Assembly: GCA_002104905.1 (NCBI GenBank)
Contig: MCFE01000462.1
Coordinates: 1 to 64,000, forward strand
Origin: Basidiobolus meristosporus CBS 931.73
Taxonomy: Eukaryota; Fungi; Basidiobolomycota
Direction of reading: 5' to 3'
Length of the DNA stretch: 64,000 nucleotides
In this document: in pieces, positions 61,453 through 64,000 of the stretch
Layout of the letters: each line of letters starts with the position of its first letter
Numbering within the stretch: the stretch's first letter is position 1
Made by a program: the position numbers and the translations under genes
The notes under the pieces: model-generated
What the model was told of the DNA's origin: nothing
Database searches by the model: none
Seen by the model: only the letters and a program-made list of their open reading frames with translations

Positions 61453-62817
61453 CTAATTAGTGGTTTGCTTGCGGAATTTGCCTCGCGATTGCTTGAAGGG
61501 TTGCCTGCGGCCCTCCTGCTGGGAAGCTGGGTGGTTCCCCGGTTTTCTTTTCTTGAATGGTTGGCCGGCGTGGGGCTCGTTGGGATTCCGAGGGCGCTTC
61601 TGAAATTTCTTGCCTGGTGCTTTGTGGCCAAAGGCTTTTTTGGGGTTGGCTCCGGTCTGCGATTCCTGGCCTTGCTCCTGGTCCTTGTTCTGGTCCTCAT
61701 CCTCATCCTGGCCCTGTTCCTGCTCCTTCTTCAGTTGCTCCTCACGGAGTTTCTTCTTCTCCTTGCGCTCGATGAACTTAGCGTCGAAGCGCTCTCCGTC
61801 AAGGATACGCAGCGTGGGTATCATCTTCAAGATCTAGTAACATACCACGAGATTACTTCTATGCTATCAAACCCTCCTGGGAGCACGGACCACTCACCTT
61901 CTCGCGATACCCATCCTTGCTGCACAGCGAATTGCCCTTGAGGTTGAGGTTTGTAAGATGCAGGAGAGAGCCGAGAATAGTAACATCGCTGTGAACGCAG
62001 GACGTTAGTTATGCGGGGATTAGTAGAATCCGATAGAGGCGGCCGTACCTCCACTCCTTGATAAGGTTGCTCCCCAAGTCCAAAATGGTCAACGAGCTGC
62101 AGCCGCGTAGCGATTCGGGGATGGCGGTGATTTTGTTATCGTTCAGACGAAGCTCCTTCAGCTCCGGATTCAGGGAGAAATCCGGCACCGAACGGAGTTC
62201 GTTATGGGCCGCCGAGAATTTGGTCAGTTTCGCCAGGGTGGGGAAGCTTGGCAACTCCTCCAACTTGTTGTGCGACAAAACTAGCGACATAAGGTTGGTC
62301 AGCTCTGGGGGGGGTGGGGTTCGTTCTTGTGGTGATGAAGGGTACCTATGGTGTTCAATTCGTGCAGTCCTCCGATGTTCTCCACACGTTTGATGGAGTT
62401 GTGGTTTAGAATCAACGCTTTCAAGGATACCAAGCTGGTAACGTGTTGTGAGATGCGATTGATCTTGTTGTGACTGAGATTAAGCACTAGCAAAAAAAAC
62501 GCTTGAGTCCCTCAGAACCAAAAAAACCTCCCCTCCACTGCCCACTTACCCGAAAGCTTCTTCAGTCTCTCCAAACCCTCGAAACTCTCCAACTGATTCC
62601 CGGAGAGATTCAGCCAGGTAAGCTCCGAATTGTACTGGATTCCGGAGAGGGCGTTCGCCGCTTTGATGGTGTTTTGGGAGAGGTTCAGCTTTCTTAAACC
62701 GACGCAACACGAGATATCCTCGATGTGGTTGACCTCCTTCTTGGAGAAATCCAATACCTGAACCTCGGGGAGTGGTGTGTTCACTACGTCCGAAATGACC
62801 AGAGGAGTTAACTTCAT
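61453..62817 (-). CDS. Leucine-rich repeat protein (SDS22-like repeats, LRRcap) with a K/Q-rich basic tail, 5 exons
   Basis: Repeated LxxLxLxxNxI units (LRKLNLSQNTI, LTWLNLSGNQL, LKELRLNDNKI), cap GYREK|ILKMIPTLRILDG, basic tail, stop at 61453. Confidence 0.8.
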
Positions 62818-62941
62818 GGTTGCGATACGTCTAGATTACGCCAACGGTGATGGTAACGTGGTTGTAACGATTGTGACATCCACCTTTTGATCCCAAAAAA
62901 AAAAAGAAATATTCCGTTTTTTGCTGTCCCTCATCCCTCCC

Positions 62942-62950
62942 GTCACGTGA
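62942..62950. promoter_or_regulatory. E-box (GTCACGTGA) in the divergent promoter between the LRR gene and serpin copy 2
   Basis: Matches the Cbf1/USF consensus; function inferred only. Confidence 0.3.
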
Positions 62951-63112
62951 TGTCCGGGCGCGAATCATCACAATGTTAGAAGCTTTCATATTGATCAGGC
63001 CAGCTGAAATTCGGCCGTTTCAGAGCAAGATATATCATTCTAAACATGTGTTTCATTCCCCCGGGTATTAAAAGAGACCCAGCGAGCCAAGCCCCCCTTG
63101 CATCCGGCGAAC

Positions 63113-64000
63113 ATGGTGGTTAACGCAACGATAGGTGCTCTGGTGTCCTCCGTAGGAAGAAACCTGGCTGATTCGCTTACACACGGCGTCAGCCCCACCG
63201 CGAATGTGCTGTTCTCCCCGTTGTCCATATTTGCCGCGCTCTTCATGCTCCTGTTTGGCACTGCCGAGAGAAGCCAGAGCCAGTCAGAGCTTCTAAGCTT
63301 CTTCGGCTCCCCGGATACCCACAGCAGCTCGCTCCCTAACCTGGCTGAGTCCTTCCATAACTTCTTCCAGCCGTTGATGGGTGACCACGAGGGTGTCGGG
63401 CCATCCGAGGACCACAACGCCACCTTCCTGCTGGCCAACTCGCTGTGGGGAGAAGCATTCAAGCAAAGCTACGTTGACCTGAACAGGGAGAAACTCTTTG
63501 CCTCTGTATTCTCACAGACTCCCACCGCGACGAAGGTGAATCAATGGGTGGCGAAGAACACTAAGAACCATATCACTGGGATCCTTCCACCAGGATTTCG
63601 TCTGGATCCACAAAGCCTGTTGCTTGTGAACACAGTCTTCTTCCATGGGATGTGGAAGAATGAGTTCAAGGCCAGTCGAACCACCTCGGAGGAGTTCCAG
63701 GTGCTGTCGGGAGCACCGATCAAGGTGAAGATGATGAACTCATTCCGGGAGAGGTGGGCCTATTCGGAGAGCGAGAAGTACCAGGTGCTGGATATGCCGT
63801 ACACCGACGACCGGTTCGTGGCAACCGTAGTGCTACCAAGGGAGGTGCAATCCTTCGCCAGTTTCATCCACGGTCTCAGCGAGGAGGATTGGGCCGATAT
63901 TCTCAATGGGAACAGATACAAACAGCAGGTGAACCTCCACCTACCGAAGTTCGACCTTGAGCAGGAGCTGAATCTCAACCAGGCGCTGCAGAAGGGAGGG
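63113..64000 (+). CDS. Serpin, copy 2 (5' part; runs off the window end)
   Basis: Open frame from ATG 63113 to the window edge, near-identical to copy 1. Confidence 0.93.
   Translation, partial: MVVNATIGALVSSVGRNLADSLTHGVSPTANVLFSPLSIFAALFMLLFGTAERSQSQSELLSFFGSPDTHSSSLPNLAESFHNFFQPLMGDHEGVGPSEDHNATFLLANSLWGEAFKQSYVDLNREKLFASVFSQTPTATKVNQWVAKNTKNHITGILPPGFRLDPQSLLLVNTVFFHGMWKNEFKASRTTSEEFQVLSGAPIKVKMMNSFRERWAYSESEKYQVLDMPYTDDRFVATVVLPREVQSFASFIHGLSEEDWADILNGNRYKQQVNLHLPKFDLEQELNLNQALQKGG

Noticed and set aside
52524-62817. Idea that the peptide, serpin, nrdJ and HIS4 form a single biosynthetic or horizontally acquired cluster
   Set aside because: The functions are unrelated, HIS4 and the LRR gene are ordinary fungal genes, nrdJ is heavily intron-laden, and no mobile-element boundaries are visible.

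Overview
Gene-dense eukaryotic nuclear DNA with many short (about 40-150 nt) GT-AG introns. The gene content (class II B12-dependent ribonucleotide reductase, metazoan-like NCoR and Treslin architectures, remnant of a bacterial-type NRPS) points to an early-diverging, non-Dikarya fungus. A Zoopagomycota lineage such as Basidiobolus is my inference, not proven. About 24 protein-coding loci were reconstructed by hand-splicing. The first 6 kb is an accessory region: small secreted Cys-rich protein, XIP-like aquaporin, decayed epsilon-poly-L-lysine-synthetase-like NRPS pseudogene and a subtilisin. Conserved genes follow: SEC5, two SNT1/NCoR paralogs flanking uS11m, ERD2, Treslin/Sld3, RhoGDI, PKA regulatory subunit, MRP51, RIM15, an At4g15545-like protein, a BCKDK/PDK-type kinase, HIS4 and an LRR protein. 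Best leads: (1) a 14-intron class II RNR with an apparent mitochondrial presequence; (2) two near-identical fungal serpins with an inhibitory Leu-Ser reactive loop and a mosaic sequence pattern; (3) the hidden Pls-like NRPS pseudogene; (4) a triplicated CDK-site motif in Treslin/Sld3; (5) repeated single-base frameshifts in otherwise intact genes, which are most likely assembly indels but need checking. No tRNA, rRNA, CRISPR array or intact transposon was recognised. All family assignments come from motif recognition; no database searches were run.
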